The notes under the pieces are model-generated. The model saw only the letters and a list, made by a program, of their open reading frames with translations. It did no database searches and had not been told where the DNA came from. A stretch of 64,000 nt of DNA from the NCBI GenBank assembly GCA_002633005.1, contig NMRA01000377.1:320619-384618 (forward strand). The letters run 5' to 3'. The position numbers and the translations under genes are program-made. Positions 1 through 12,101 of this stretch are shown one piece after another; the stretch's first letter is position 1, and every line of letters begins with the position of its first letter. This DNA is from Phoronis australis. Lineage: Eukaryota > Animalia > Phoronida.

Positions 1-163
1 AAATAAATGACCATGGGGATTTTGTTTTGGAAACAAATTGATCTTACATAGCACACGTTTAAGTAAATTACATTACCAGAACTGGCATGCTACAAATTGA
101 CCTCTGCCAACCTATAAAACAATGTGCAAAATATTGAAATATAACATTTTGCACTTCTGTCAG

Positions 164-410
164 GTATTTCTACGCCGACAAAGAGGCTGAATGCGAACTA
201 CGTCAGACGGCTCATGGCTGGTGGCACAAGAAACTCGCCGATTACTTTGAAACAGTGACGAACGTTGATCGATTCGTTGAAGAGTACCCGTATCAGCTGT
301 CAGAGATCAATGATACGACGCGTCTGTCACGCTGTTTATGCAACTGGCATTTAGTCAACAAGCTGTACCATGAGGAGTTCAGCTCACTGCTTTTAAAATA
401 CTGGAGAAAG
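164..410 (+). CDS. TPR gene exon (HKKLADYF..EEYPYQL..YWRK helical region)
   Basis: ttctgtcag acceptor, AAG|gtgcgg donor, open frame of 82 codons. Confidence 0.85.
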
Positions 411-3400
411 GTGCGGTAGTGTTGTCATGTTTCAATATCAGTTATTAGAACTTGGACCGTCAACTCTGTTTATTCTCAATGAACAAAATCTGTGGTGTTA
501 CGAACAAGGCACGACCAATACTATTGGTCGAGATGTAACTATTGACTAGTGTTAGTCACACTTCTGGCAAGTTAGACGTCTGCTCACTAACATGAAATTG
601 GTGCCACTTCTGGGAATTCCATTTGATAAGATCAGAATAATTGCGAATTTGTTGTCTATGATCCAATGTTAGTTTCAAATACCCAACTATTGAGGGTTCC
701 ATAGAACAAAGTATCATCCAGTTTAATATCATTTAGCTTGTCTGGCTTGGTACTTTAGTCAATACTAGATGTTACTTTTTAGTTGTAAGCTAACAGACTG
801 TACCTTTGTTAGTTTGTTTGTTCCTCAGTTTTCTTTCTTTCTGTCTATGCTTTTTCTTCTCAGATTTCGTGACTCTGTCATTCACATTACTTCTGTATGA
901 TTCATTGATTTTTATTTCATAATTAATATTCATAACTCTCTTAGTAGAGCCATTGTAGAATCATTTTTAATGAAGATGAAATAAGATTTCTGTCAACCAG
1001 AGCTTGAATGAGTGCAGGGCCCTTAACCTAAAAGTTCCCTTCAGAATGCACAGGCTTCCTTACCCTCAGATCCAGGAGTGGACTAAATGTCTTCTTACTA
1101 CAAAATATTTGCACTCCCCAGAAATCATATTTGCATTTAGTTCAGGTGAACTTCGCATTCACTCTGGTCCTTGAATTTTCCACTACGAGTACCGAGCTTT
1201 GAGGAGTGAGAAATGCACTTTTAGCAATGCCAGAGCGTCTGCCATTATTAACACCAGGATTTTGAACCTGGGAATCTGAAGCTGAAGCCACTGAACCATG
1301 TTGTCCTTGCAGTGCTTTATTCAATGTGAGCAATATCTTCATAGGCTGGTGGTGCAGACCAGATGGTAAGTTGCTACATGAATGTACTCAGTGACCTGGA
1401 AACAGAGGGCGCCACTGAGGAAGAAATCACCAGGCGGCATGAGCAGATTGCCAGACTGTTGTAAGTAATGGGGAAATGGTTGAAATATGCCGTTGTTTTT
1501 TATAGAACGTGAGTTACAAGATGTCCCAAAAATGATTACTAGAGGTTTGTAGTACTGGATGGTTTGAAATAGTNTCAGCAACAGCAAGCATGTTATTTGG
1601 ACTGAAAAGGTGAACTACTCTCACTTTGTATTGTAAGTAATAATTCATTATTAAACTGAGTCACCTTCAACATGAAAGTGATGTGTCCGATGGAAGTTTT
1701 TTCTATCTGTAAAAGAAGTATTTACACACCACACAATTGTTACTTTCCTTTCAGTTTACAAGCTGGCAAGTACAGCGAAGCCCTCGATCTCGCTCGGACC
1801 GCTCTCAAAATGGAAGAGCAGGACTTGGGTGGCAGAGATGAGAGATTGGCCGAGTTGTACGGACTTGTATCTGACATCTATGACGAAGTTAGTACACATT
1901 TGAATTTTGAACAAACGAGCTGTGACGTGTTGTAGTTTTTAGGTTATGTGTGAGCTATTTAGCAACTGACGACAATGTAAGATGGGTAATTCTGCACCTA
2001 TATAGCCCAAAATATGGCTGACAAGTGAACATTCTGTTTTGTTTGATTGCTTCACAAAAACTAAGATTAGTATCTTTCTATCACCGTTTGTACTGTGCAG
2101 GTGTCATAAAAACAGCTTTTAGAAAAACATGCAACATACCATGTTCTGATATTGAACTTTCTTTCAGGCCTGCTATATTTGTTCTTCTAAGACAATGTTG
2201 CCTAGTTCTCGTTCTTCGTTTGAATTGAAAATAAAATGATATTTATTGGTGTTGGTTTCAGAGATTGAAGCTTCACGACTTTGTCTCGACCTCCCAATTG
2301 CCTGATCTGGAGCGATCCATGCGTTACAGCAGGAAGTCTATTGCTATCAGGAAGCGTATGACTGGAGAACATAACAAGGTAAACTGTTCACGCTGAGACT
2401 GAACACAAAGCATGTTTGTGTTTTCAGTGCCTGCCTCGTATGTGCCAATCTCCTAGAAAGATCATCGTTGAATTTGCCCGAGGTGTTCGTTCTGAGGATT
2501 GTATGAATAATTAATGACATCATTTCTCAGATAGATAAAGCTGCATCACCGGAAGCACTCAGTATTGAACATGCACCATGCCACTTATTTGTTGTTTGCA
2601 TTGCTCACGGTCGGTGTATATCAATGCTCAGCAATTATTCCGTCATCCGGGCTCATAATGCACCGAAAGAGGTCAGTTACTGGAAAGGTCATCAAAATAT
2701 TAACATGTAATTTTTCCTACAAGTTTGAAGAATTCCTTTTCATATTGGTAAACGGGTTGCTATCAGTAACTTCCCATAACAATTCCAGAAATACTCACGT
2801 GCAGAGTCCATTATTGTCACGCCGTGACAATAATCTTTCTAGTTTGGTCTGTTATTGCATCAGTTAGTACATACATCTTTACATTCAGTTTAAGCTCGGC
2901 ATGGCTCTTATGAGGATGTCCTTCAACATGGAGAGTTGGCAGTCGTTGACTAATGATGAAACTATCCTACAGATGGGGCTAGATGCAATAGACACAGCCA
3001 TCCTCATCTTCAGTGAGGTTAGTGAACAACGCATTTGTAATTGAAGAGTATCTAATAACTAAGAAATTGGTAATATTAAGGAATCTGTTAAGAGGATATT
3101 TTTCAATGTCATTTCCAGCAGTATTTGTTTTTCATTTCTTAACTGTGTAAGGATGATGTGTGTTCATTTATTTTTCAGTGCTTTTATTGTGCATTTTGTA
3201 ATTACTAAAAATTTTATTCTGGGTTGGGGGCATAACCCAAAAATCTTTGTTTTCTCAAGACTAAACCCTATCAGAGTGTCCGGAACAGTGCAAAATCACC
3301 GCCTATAGATAAAGCGAAGAATGAGAAATGTGACCGTATTTGGCATTTTCCTCGGTATTATAATTTAAAATGGTGTGAAAGTCAGGAAATGCTTCCAAGA

Positions 3401-6183
3401 AAAGCCTTAATCTGAAGAATCCAGAATAGTTGAGAAATATACCCAAACTGATAATGCTTGTTATGTGCCATTATCTATGAAGAGATGCCCCGTATTCCAT
3501 GACTAATTTGAAAGGTGGTTCATATGGAGCTTATTACAGGTGATAGTGAATTATGTTTGTCACTATTACATTGAAGTATTTCAAAGTAATGCAGCAGTCA
3601 GAGTGCACGCTTTAACTTCACAGTTGAACGACAGGGGTCACTATGCTGAAGCCTTGATGACCAAAGGTGTGCTGGCACCTAGAGGCAGTGTGGAACAACT
3701 CAAGGTAAATAATAAAAGTTGTTAAGTTCACAGTTGATCAATAGAGGTCACTATGGTGATTCCTTGAATACCAACTTAATGGAGTGCTGGCATCTTGAGA
3801 CAATGTGGAACAATTTAAGGCCAGTGAAAGTTGTGGTATTCCCTTGCTTGGACAAGATATTCATGAGTGNAGTTGGTAATAATAAGGATGTTAAGAGGAT
3901 ATTTTTCAATGTCATTCAGCGAAGAATGAGAAATGTGACCGTATTGCTTGTGGAACATATTTGGCATTTTCCTCGGTATTATAATTTAAAAGGGTGTGAA
4001 AGTCAGGAAATGCTTCCGAGAAAAGCCTTAATCTGAAGAATCCAAAATAGTTGAGAAATATACCCAAACTGATAATGCTTGTTATGTGCCATTATCTATG
4101 AAGAGATGCCCCGTATTCCATGACTAATTTGATTGGTGGTCCATATGGAGGTTATTACAGATGATAGTGAATTATGTTTTTCACTATTACATTGAAGTAT
4201 TTCAAAGTAATGCAGCAGTCAGAGTGCACGCTTTAACTTCACAGTTGAACGACAGGGGTCACTATGCTGAAGCCTTGATGACCAAAGGTGTGCTGGCACC
4301 TAGAGGCAGTGTGGAACAACTCAAGGTAAATAATAAAAGTTGTTAACTTCACAGTTGATCAATAGAGGTCACTATGGTGATTCCTTGAATACCAACTTAA
4401 TGGAGTGCTGGCATCTTGAGACAATGTGGAACAATTCAAGGCCAGTGAAAGTTGTGGTATTCCCTTGCTTGGACAAGATATTCATGAGTGTTGCTCAAAG
4501 CCTCAGGAATATCTTACTAAAAAGTTGGTTCATTTTCACCTTTAAGTCGATCTTTGAATATCTACGCAACTGTAGAGTTTAATGATAACTTGTCAATAAA
4601 GGTATTATTTTCTGATAGCATGGGGAATTTGATTTTAGACTTCAAATTAAAGTGCCAGTGATTGGGTCATGTGACCTTGACTTTTTGGTGAAATTAATAA
4701 GTAGAAAGAAAGTTAGGCATGTTTACACTTGAGATCAATTTTATTTTTTTGATAATATTATTCGAGTTGAGATCATCAAAACTCTGTCACAGATTTCTAA
4801 ATTATTTGTTTTTTTCAACTTCTAATTTTTAATGAAAATCACAAAAAATCAGTTTCAATAGTAACAGGTGCAAAAGTGGAATATTTGAAAAAAAAAACAT
4901 TTCACATTTTAGAGAGCAGTGCATGATAATGTGAAATTGTCGCTGAGATAGTTTCTGATTAGAAGTGAATCAAAAATTAATCCTATTTCTGGAGTTACAT
5001 ACCCAACCATTCTGATTACATTACACTTGACCCAGAAGATGACCTCTGTTCTATTGTGACATAACTGGGTTACATGTGAACTTCACACACAATCCTGTGT
5101 GGGAGAGTTCAAAGCCCAAGAGTAGTTAACTTTTCCGTATGTTGGCACAGGTGCTTGCGTTTTCTGCGTGCACTTCTTTTGTTTTAAAAATGTATTGAAT
5201 TGAGACTGAAATGAAGATAAAATAAAGTATTAAATGCACTTATTTTTATTTAAAGGTATTCTGTTATTTTTTTATTTCCATCTTTCTTGCAGCTGTACAA
5301 TGAGGCTATGGACATCAGTCAACAACTGTATGGAGAGCACCACCTGTTGACATCGAGGCTTTACATCAATATCGGCATCACGCACGAGGATAACAAAAAT
5401 TATACCAAGGCTTACCAATACTTCAAGAAGTGGGCAGAGGTCAGTGAGATCGTGTTGGGCTCGGAGCACCCCAAGACGAAACGAGCGAAAGGGGTTTTGA
5501 AGGAGGCTCGATACATGCAGATAGCGAGAAATCTGGGGGAGCATGTTGACGATGACGGGGAAGATAATTCAGACCAAGCTGATGACTGTGATGGAGAGAA
5601 TGGTGATGATGTTGGTGGTGATATGAATCAGCTGTGGATTGATGTCGGTGATGACGATGATTATCACTTTGATGATGATGATGATGATGATGTGAATGAG
5701 GAAGACTTTGACGTGGTTCTTCATCACCATGATCTTCAGTTGTCTATGCAGAACTTATTGATCATGGATGACGGAGAATGGCTTCAGGACAACCAGTCGG
5801 GCGACACACAGCCGGAAGGCAGCATAGAGGACAATTTTAATCACACTCAGGACGTGGAAGGGAATTTCGCTGACAATCAAGACATTGAAGGCGCTGCGCA
5901 GGGTGCCGATGATGTGGAAGACGCATCACGTGATAACCTGGAGATCGAGGATCATTTGAATGCAGAGGACATTTCGATTCCAGTAGTTGTCAGTCTACTT
6001 CACCATGGTGATGGTAGTAACCATGACAACAGGAGTGAATGTGAATCATACAATGACGGTGAGAGGACACTTAGTGGGTCGCAACGAGGGGCGGAACGTA
6101 GTGCACTTCAAGATGAAACAGTGGACAGCAATATTGTCAGTGACAATGAACGCACTAATGAAAATGATGGCCATGATTTGTAG
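164..6183 (+). CDS. 3' part of a spliced gene: TPR-repeat protein (NPHP3/TEP1-like helical region + kinesin-light-chain-type TPRs + acidic tail); 5' end lies upstream of the window
   Basis: Phase-compatible GT-AG exons 164-410, 1345-1460, 1755-1887, 2262-2378, 2889-3017, 3624-3704 (redundant copy 4245-4325), 5293-6183(TAG). The first exon reads YFY..WWHKKLADYFETVTNVDRFVEEYPYQL..RLSRCL..LLLKYWRK, resembling the helical region after the NACHT domain in NPHP3/TEP1/NWD-type proteins (recognition from memory, not searched). TPR-like units include LQAGKYSEALDLARTALKMEEQDLG and LYNEAMDISQQLYGEHHLLTSRLYINIGITHEDNKNYTKAYQYFKKWAEVSEIVLGSEHPKT. Confidence 0.85.
1345..1460 (+). CDS. TPR gene exon (AGGADQMVSCY..RRHEQIARL)
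   Basis: cttcatag acceptor, gtaagt donor, phase 0 to 2 matches both neighbours. Confidence 0.8.
1755..1887 (+). CDS. TPR gene exon (LQAGKYSEALDLARTALKMEEQDLG)
   Basis: cctttcag acceptor, gttagt donor, TPR-like helix pair. Confidence 0.85.
2262..2378 (+). CDS. TPR gene exon (RLKLHDFV..YSRKSIAIRKRMTGEHNK)
   Basis: gtttcag acceptor, AAG|gtaaac donor, 39 codons, phase 0-0. Confidence 0.8.
2889..3017 (+). CDS. TPR gene exon (FKLGMALMRMSF..AIDTAILIFSE)
   Basis: acattcag acceptor, GAG|gttagt donor, 43 codons, phase 0-0. Confidence 0.8.
3624..3704 (+). CDS. TPR gene exon (LNDRGHYAEALMTKGVLAPRGSVEQLK); second identical copy at 4245-4325
   Basis: ttcacag acceptor, AAG|gtaaat donor, 27 codons. Confidence 0.8.
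3734..3819 (+). pseudogene. Degenerate tandem copy (pseudo-exon) of the preceding 81-nt exon
   Basis: cag-ttgatcaatagaggtcactatggtgattccttga..gtgctggcatcttgagacaatgtggaacaatttaag aligns to 3624-3704 but is 86 nt (frameshift) and lacks the GT donor. Confidence 0.7.
5293..6183 (+). CDS. TPR gene terminal exon: two TPR-like repeats followed by a ~220-aa D/E-rich tail
   Basis: tttcttgcag acceptor; ORF 5287-6183; poly-Asp encoded by (GAT)n near 5671-5691; TAG at 6181-6183. Confidence 0.9.
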   Translation: MYNEAMDISQQLYGEHHLLTSRLYINIGITHEDNKNYTKAYQYFKKWAEVSEIVLGSEHPKTKRAKGVLKEARYMQIARNLGEHVDDDGEDNSDQADDCDGENGDDVGGDMNQLWIDVGDDDDYHFDDDDDDDVNEEDFDVVLHHHDLQLSMQNLLIMDDGEWLQDNQSGDTQPEGSIEDNFNHTQDVEGNFADNQDIEGAAQGADDVEDASRDNLEIEDHLNAEDISIPVVVSLLHHGDGSNHDNRSECESYNDGERTLSGSQRGAERSALQDETVDSNIVSDNERTNENDGHDL

Positions 6184-7600
6184 AGGTTGTTGTCTAACTC
6201 TCTGGAAAAAATAGTTAATAGCGTTAAGGATTTCGCTAAATTGCTTGAAATTATTTAATACCAATATTTGGTATAGGGTAACTTGGCGCGTAATTACATG
6301 TGATATAGTTATTTCTGTGTAGTGCCACTTGGTAAGTGCTGATAACATGGCAAATCGTATTGAGTTTTTGTTTGTCCACCAGGTGTCACTAATGTCACTA
6401 GGTTACCTTGGGGTTGTTTGTACAAGGTAGCATGTGATTAGAGTTGAAATCATGGCAGTGTTCTATAGGACAAGTGTTTTGTGAGATTGGTGAGATGGCA
6501 CAAAATTACGTGAATGAATGAATGACAAGTGTTAAATTAGTAATAAGCTTACCTTGCTTGTATGTACGATAGTACCAAAATGGCAGCCTCTGATATTATT
6601 GGTTGACAAGGCTGGAACATTAAATTAGGGTAAAAAATTCATGGTTTCTATTTAATAAGCAAAGATTTCTCGCTGATAGTGTCCTGGGTTACATAACATG
6701 GCCCAGTTAAGCCAGACAGAATGACAAGGTCCTGAAAAAAGTCGCCATTTTGAACTTGACGGAGTCAAATCTCCATCTGCAAAACTAGCTGCTGAAGCAA
6801 GCTATGAAATTCTCCCAAGCCATACCATAATTTTCTTTTCTCCATATTTAAAGTTATATCGAGTGCTGTTTGGGTGATATTACATCCTGTTTCACAGAGT
6901 TTGGAATGTTTTGATTCGATTTACAATTGGCTCACAAATATCTGTGTTGAAACAAGGAAAGATAACAATTCTTGTTTTCTATTGTTATACTGTGGCTGGA
7001 ATTTATCTTATAGGTGTTATTTTGGTGTAATGTGCTGATTTATGGGATTTTTGAAGTTTGACATTCTTGACCTGCTGTAATATCTTTCTAGGGATTTTTC
7101 CTCATTTGACTTTATTGATACTTCAGTAAGTCCTTTGGTAATGCAGTGCTGACTTTTGAACAACAATTTTGAATGTGTTATTATTCATACACATAATATT
7201 AGCCATGATAGTTGTTACACTTTTGACCAATTTAGTTTTGTAACTCCACGAATCTTTCAAAGGGCAGGATTTGTCCAGTCAATTGCAAGGGAAAGAGATT
7301 TTGTTTTTCACAGATGTCAAAATCAACTGCTCATAACTGGTCAGCTTATGAAATTTTATGGGGCTAAATTATCAATTTCTGAGTTTAAAAAATCCTATTC
7401 AGTTACCCGGGCCTTTCGTTGCCAGAGTTTAGTTTGTAAATATTTCCTCTAGTGTTTTAACCCATTTCCACTTGTCAAAGACCACAATGGAAGTAATTCC
7501 TTGACTTTTGTGTTATTTGTGCTGTCCAGGTACACCTTCCGGCATATGTTCTAATTTTTTATTTGTCTTTTGTTTTCTTCTTGTAATTGCACATGTGTGT

Positions 7601-7606
7601 AATAAA
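7601..7606 (+). terminator. Candidate polyadenylation signal of the TPR gene
   Basis: AATAAA about 1.4 kb after the stop, ending a T-rich UTR-like stretch; no transcript evidence. Confidence 0.35.
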
Positions 7607-10600
7607 TTAATTCTGTGAATATACTCAAACGGCCTGCTCACATTACTCACGGTTTGCATGGTTTCCCAGACTGAATAGTGTCAATCAAAAACGTTAGTCA
7701 TAACATCATCTTTAAGAATATGTTTGCATCTAGACAAGCACCCTTACGACCTATTTTACTGTGCATTTTCGTTTATTTCTAAAATTATACACACAATTAC
7801 TTTCGAGGGTACCCGAAAAGTAAAACAAAAGATGTGCCGTTTTCTGAATACACCGATCGGGACTTATTATCAGAAATTCCCTGTAAAGTAGTTATTAATC
7901 TTCTTCAGTCTCCAGAGATCGTCTGCGTGACCTCACCGTCTGCTGACATTGTGTCAGTAAAGGTGTGCTTCGTACATGTCTGATAAAGATGTCAAAGGGC
8001 GAGAGCTCAACCGCAATTTTTGTATGTGTTGGCCTGATTTCATTTCCCACGTGCATTTACTGGTGATGTACTTTAATTGTTTAATTGCTTTACAAATACA
8101 CGCCAATTTTCTCTAACCAGTTTGCACTCCTTGAAGTACAAGTATTCCAGACCAAGTTTTCTCGATTCCTATGTGGTGAGGCAACTTATCACGAATTCTG
8201 ATTCGTCTATTGTTTTCATGGTTTTTAACGAGCAGTCAATATCAGAGGCGGAGAAATAGTGGAGTTGATTCACAATACTTTGAAGAACGGTATGGCGGGG
8301 ACGACAGTTGAGCTCAAGGTTATGCGAGAAACTGGATGAACAAATCTGGCGAATTTACAAACATCATATCTCAGAGTGACATGATTTATAAAGGGCAATT
8401 GTCCCGGACAAGCCTCCAAAAGCGGACCCAAGTTATAAAAGGCGTGCGACCCAAACACTTGAATATGAAAGGCTATATCATTTACAAGAAATTAAAAAAG
8501 TGATCATAACTGATCATTGGGTCTACCCTCCTTCCATCACCTTTCTTAAAGGGATGCTAAACCCTGCTCTGATAATTTCCAACAATCCTCGTGTTGTCAC
8601 GTGCTAACTGAATGTATCAGTGATGTCAATCTTGAACGATGAAAGCAGGAATGAACTAAAAACGCACACTCCCTGTGTCGGAGATTGTACATTATGGTTC
8701 TTGGTGGGTGGTCTTTCGCCAGAATTGACGTGTAAAAGCGTAGGTCACGCATGCCCGTTTAGCAGACTTTGAAAGGAGCTTTCATATTTTCCTCCAAACT
8801 TTTGAGGGTTAGTGTCGGGATTAAAGAGCATTAATTTGTATCAGAGAATTAGATGAAAAATTCGTTTTAAATATATATTATGTTTGTAGGTCCAAAGCCG
8901 GTTTGGTATCCTTTTAACATAAACGATTTCGCAAAAAGGCTATTTATTAGGACCTTGTCTTTGTACGGAAAGAAACAGGAAATAAGTAGCCTTACATTAC
9001 ACCTTCCGGTCACCTCCAAATACTGGGAGTGTATATCAAATAGTATACAATCCCCCCCCAAAAAAAACGGAAAATCACTCCATTGTCCCTTTATAAAGAA
9101 GGGGTCTTTATTAGAGAAACACAGCTACTCTCATACACGTTTTACCGTGTCTTTCTCTTCTCCTCTTGACTAAATGAACTTATCAATAAGGTATTCCTTA
9201 ACATTCTAAGGTTTTTAGGATCTTATTGACAAGACTACACATTTAGCTGGATATCTACAAAACTGTATGTATTTTTCGAAAGCAGAAAATCCGTTAAATT
9301 TGATTTTTGACTTTAGACCAATTTGCCATTTGTAAAACTTGCTTTTTTAGTTTTTTAGGAAAGTTTAGCAAAAATAAAGGTACATTTCTTGCAAAACAAC
9401 AATATAAATAATATGACCATATTTCTTACGATACAAATATTCAAAAACACCATTACTTTTTTCTAAAGTATCGTTCCGTTTTCGTTCTATGCAACTTCCA
9501 AATCGTTTCATAAAACCATACAAGTTCTATTTTTGATATTTGAGAGCCCTTCGTGCAAAAATGGAACATTTTAAAGACAATTCCTAAAAGGGTTTTGGAA
9601 AACAGTGTTTATAGCGTGGTATATGAGAGTTTCAGTTGAATCTGATCCGCCATTTTTGACGTACGATGTTCCGAAGTTGGTATAAATTGCACATTTGTCA
9701 AGGGTCCTACATATGTTTTGACAACGGTTGTCACACGATTGACTTTAACTGCATTTGCTAAAGATAGGTCGCTATGCCTTGCACTTATATATAATTGCAG
9801 GTAAAACGTTCGGCATCCATTGGTTAACCGACAATAGATATCGATTAACCCTTCTGTATTTTTTAAAATCTCAAATATGAATTCGAATTTAAATTTCATA
9901 AATAATCCCCATTACAATGCACCACTCACTGTGTTTGTTTTTGAGGCGTTCACTCGTGAAATACATATTGCTGCAGAAATATTTGCAAGACATCGTTTGA
10001 ACTTGTCAAATAATCGTACCACTTCAAATACTATTTGATAACATACCCACCAGTGGGCGAACCGAACCTATGTATTCGAGCACGGACGTCCTTGGTCGAC
10101 GAAAATTTTCTATTTGATCAGGGTCTCTATGGCAACCGATCTGTGGCGGACACGTCCAAATGCACTGATCTTGGATTGTAATGCTGTTTGAAGCCAGTCC
10201 GCATGGAAATGCACGTTATTCACACGAAAATGTTTAAGTTTGCAACGAAGAAGACTCAAGATAATAAGGCCAACTAACACAGTTGAGTTCCGGTTTGTGA
10301 CTTTTTGCGCAGATGCTGTTTATTTTTCGAAAAAAATCCACGTGATAAAATGGTGTATTTTTTCTTCGTCTCAATCAATAATGAACCCTTTTTAGTTATT
10401 GATTGACGTTCAGAGGATGATTGAGACCTTGCTAGACAAGTCACGATGCTTGGATGCGTTTGTCTGACTTTTTAAAAGTTTGCGAGCTTGGCTGAACTTG
10501 AGACGGACGACATTTTCTTTAAGCAGTGAAGCGCAGATTTCAAAACGAATCGGACTGCATATCAGAGCCAACTATGCGTTCATAGGTTGACGGACAATAA

Positions 10601-11775
10601 TCACGTACAGGACTCCCGCGGATTTTAAGAATCAGCTTGATGAGCGGATACATGTAATTGTCTCTCATTTCCATTCAGGGCATTTTTCAAACATTGCGGC
10701 TTTTTCCCGTTGCTCCCAACTTGTTCGATTCTATAGCCCAACAACAAGTTGGGAAGTTTAGCCCTGTAGCCAATATCTTCATTCTGGCATTTATGGTTGG
10801 AGGACCAGCTCTCTTTTGTTCGATAATTGGTCTCATCTCCAATAAGATCGTATCTAGCCTGACTGGGCTGTGCTGTTAAAAATAAATGTTAAGTTATAAC
10901 TTATTTGAACATAAACCAAAAGCATTTCTGAAATCCTCGTCAAATGGTGATCATGTTTAGTTTTTGAATGGCCGAAATCGCCCAACTACAACTGAAGTTA
11001 CGACAATCTATTCTTTCCGAACGTATCAATTCGCTCTGGGTTTGACTATGTTCACAGGTAGTCTGTAATAAGCCTAGTAGATAATTGGCCTGCTTGTTGT
11101 CATACCAGACAAAAGACTGTGCTTGGCAGTTAGCAAAGAAGCTAGATGTTACCACACGCTCACAACCCTCTACGTCTGGTAAAGTCACTGAACGGGAAAA
11201 CGCCGTCATGATTGTTTGCGGGTGAGACATTGTGCGTCGCCCACGCTTACATCAAAACTGTCTTCTCCGCTTCGATTCCTTTCAATAAAAAATGAATTTG
11301 CAACCAAGATAAAATTTTACATGCTTGATGAATTTGCTATAAGACCAAGGAGAAACAACAAGGGAGCTGAAAAGTCGTGAGACTCTGCATATCAATTGCG
11401 GAAAACCCAATCTCAATAGGCAACTGGCACACCACAGGTTGTCATTGTAATATAGTCCACTATTATACTCCTCTGTACCTGACTGTGTCTCATTACTTAG
11501 TATTGTTGTGCCCAGTAAGGTGGTCACTGTTTCACTTCTAATATTGTTTCAATAGACACCGAAACATGTCAAACCGATTTAAATGTAAATCAATCAACGC
11601 TTAACACCATTATTTCGACATATGAAACTGAACTTAGAATTACTAAGATTTATTCTTCTAATTTCAGTTGATACTGTATACATACACATATACATGTATT
11701 ATATACATGTACCTATACGCATACACGCACACCGACGTTGAGTAGCATCTGGTCGCAGCGCTAGCGAGTGATTTT

Positions 11776-12053
11776 CTTTATCACCGGGCACGCCCACGTA
11801 AAAGTAACTTACGTACGCTTCACCTATCTTGGTTTTTTCTTGCGACGTCACGAATGTAAAAATTTCATTTATAAAACGAATAGATTGTGACCCTGGCGGT
11901 GAACCAGTCAATTTCTCAAGATAGTGATTGTATACCTTATCTTATCTAAACAAGCGGGTATTTGATTTTTGGGAGTACTACATTTAGGGTTTGTTTGAAA
12001 ACCTTGAGGTATCGCAAGGCACGCTGTAGAGCTCAATCTGAGGCAGCGCAGAG
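11776..12053 (+). promoter_or_regulatory. Candidate proximal promoter/5' UTR of the DSL-mucin gene
   Basis: TATAAAA at 11870-11876, CRE-like GACGTCA near 11844, and several GATA motifs (TTATC/CTATCT/AGATAG) at 11777-11947 upstream of ATG 12054. Confidence 0.35.
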
Positions 12054-12101
12054 ATGACCTTGCTCTGGTTATTTTTACTTTTTGTATTTAATGAATTTCA
12101 G
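12054..12101 (+). CDS. Exon 1, signal peptide MTLLWLFLLFVFNEFQ
   Basis: Hydrophobic 16-codon ORF ending in a perfect CAG|gtaagt donor; phase 0 joins DVNA-KG (likely signal peptidase site). Confidence 0.75.

Larger units (their letters stand above)
3066..4490. repeat. Gap-flanking duplication (3066-3869 vs 3871-4490), probably uncollapsed haplotypes
   Basis: Near-identical sequence on both sides of the N at 3870; copy 1 has an extra ~200 bp (about 3114-3312) and copy 2 an extra short segment. Confidence 0.8.

Noticed and set aside
1100-1310. Minus-strand tRNA or SINE head (TGGTTCAGTGG and GGTTCAAAATCC boxes)
   Set aside because: Box spacing is only ~20 nt and no cloverleaf can be formed; at most a decayed SINE fragment.
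2565-2867. ORF resembling a secreted prepropeptide (hydrophobic N-terminus, RKR)
   Set aside because: It lies in an intron of the TPR gene on the same strand, has no recognisable mature peptide and no supporting exon structure; probably chance.
8044-8051. Su(H)/CSL site TTCCCACG upstream of a DSL gene (feedback regulation)
   Set aside because: A single 8-mer 4 kb upstream is expected by chance in 64 kb; no paired site.
8546-8824. Kolobok-like MITE with TTAA flanks
   Set aside because: The termini (ttaaagggatgctaaaccc / gggttagtgtcgggattaa) match too poorly to support without other copies.
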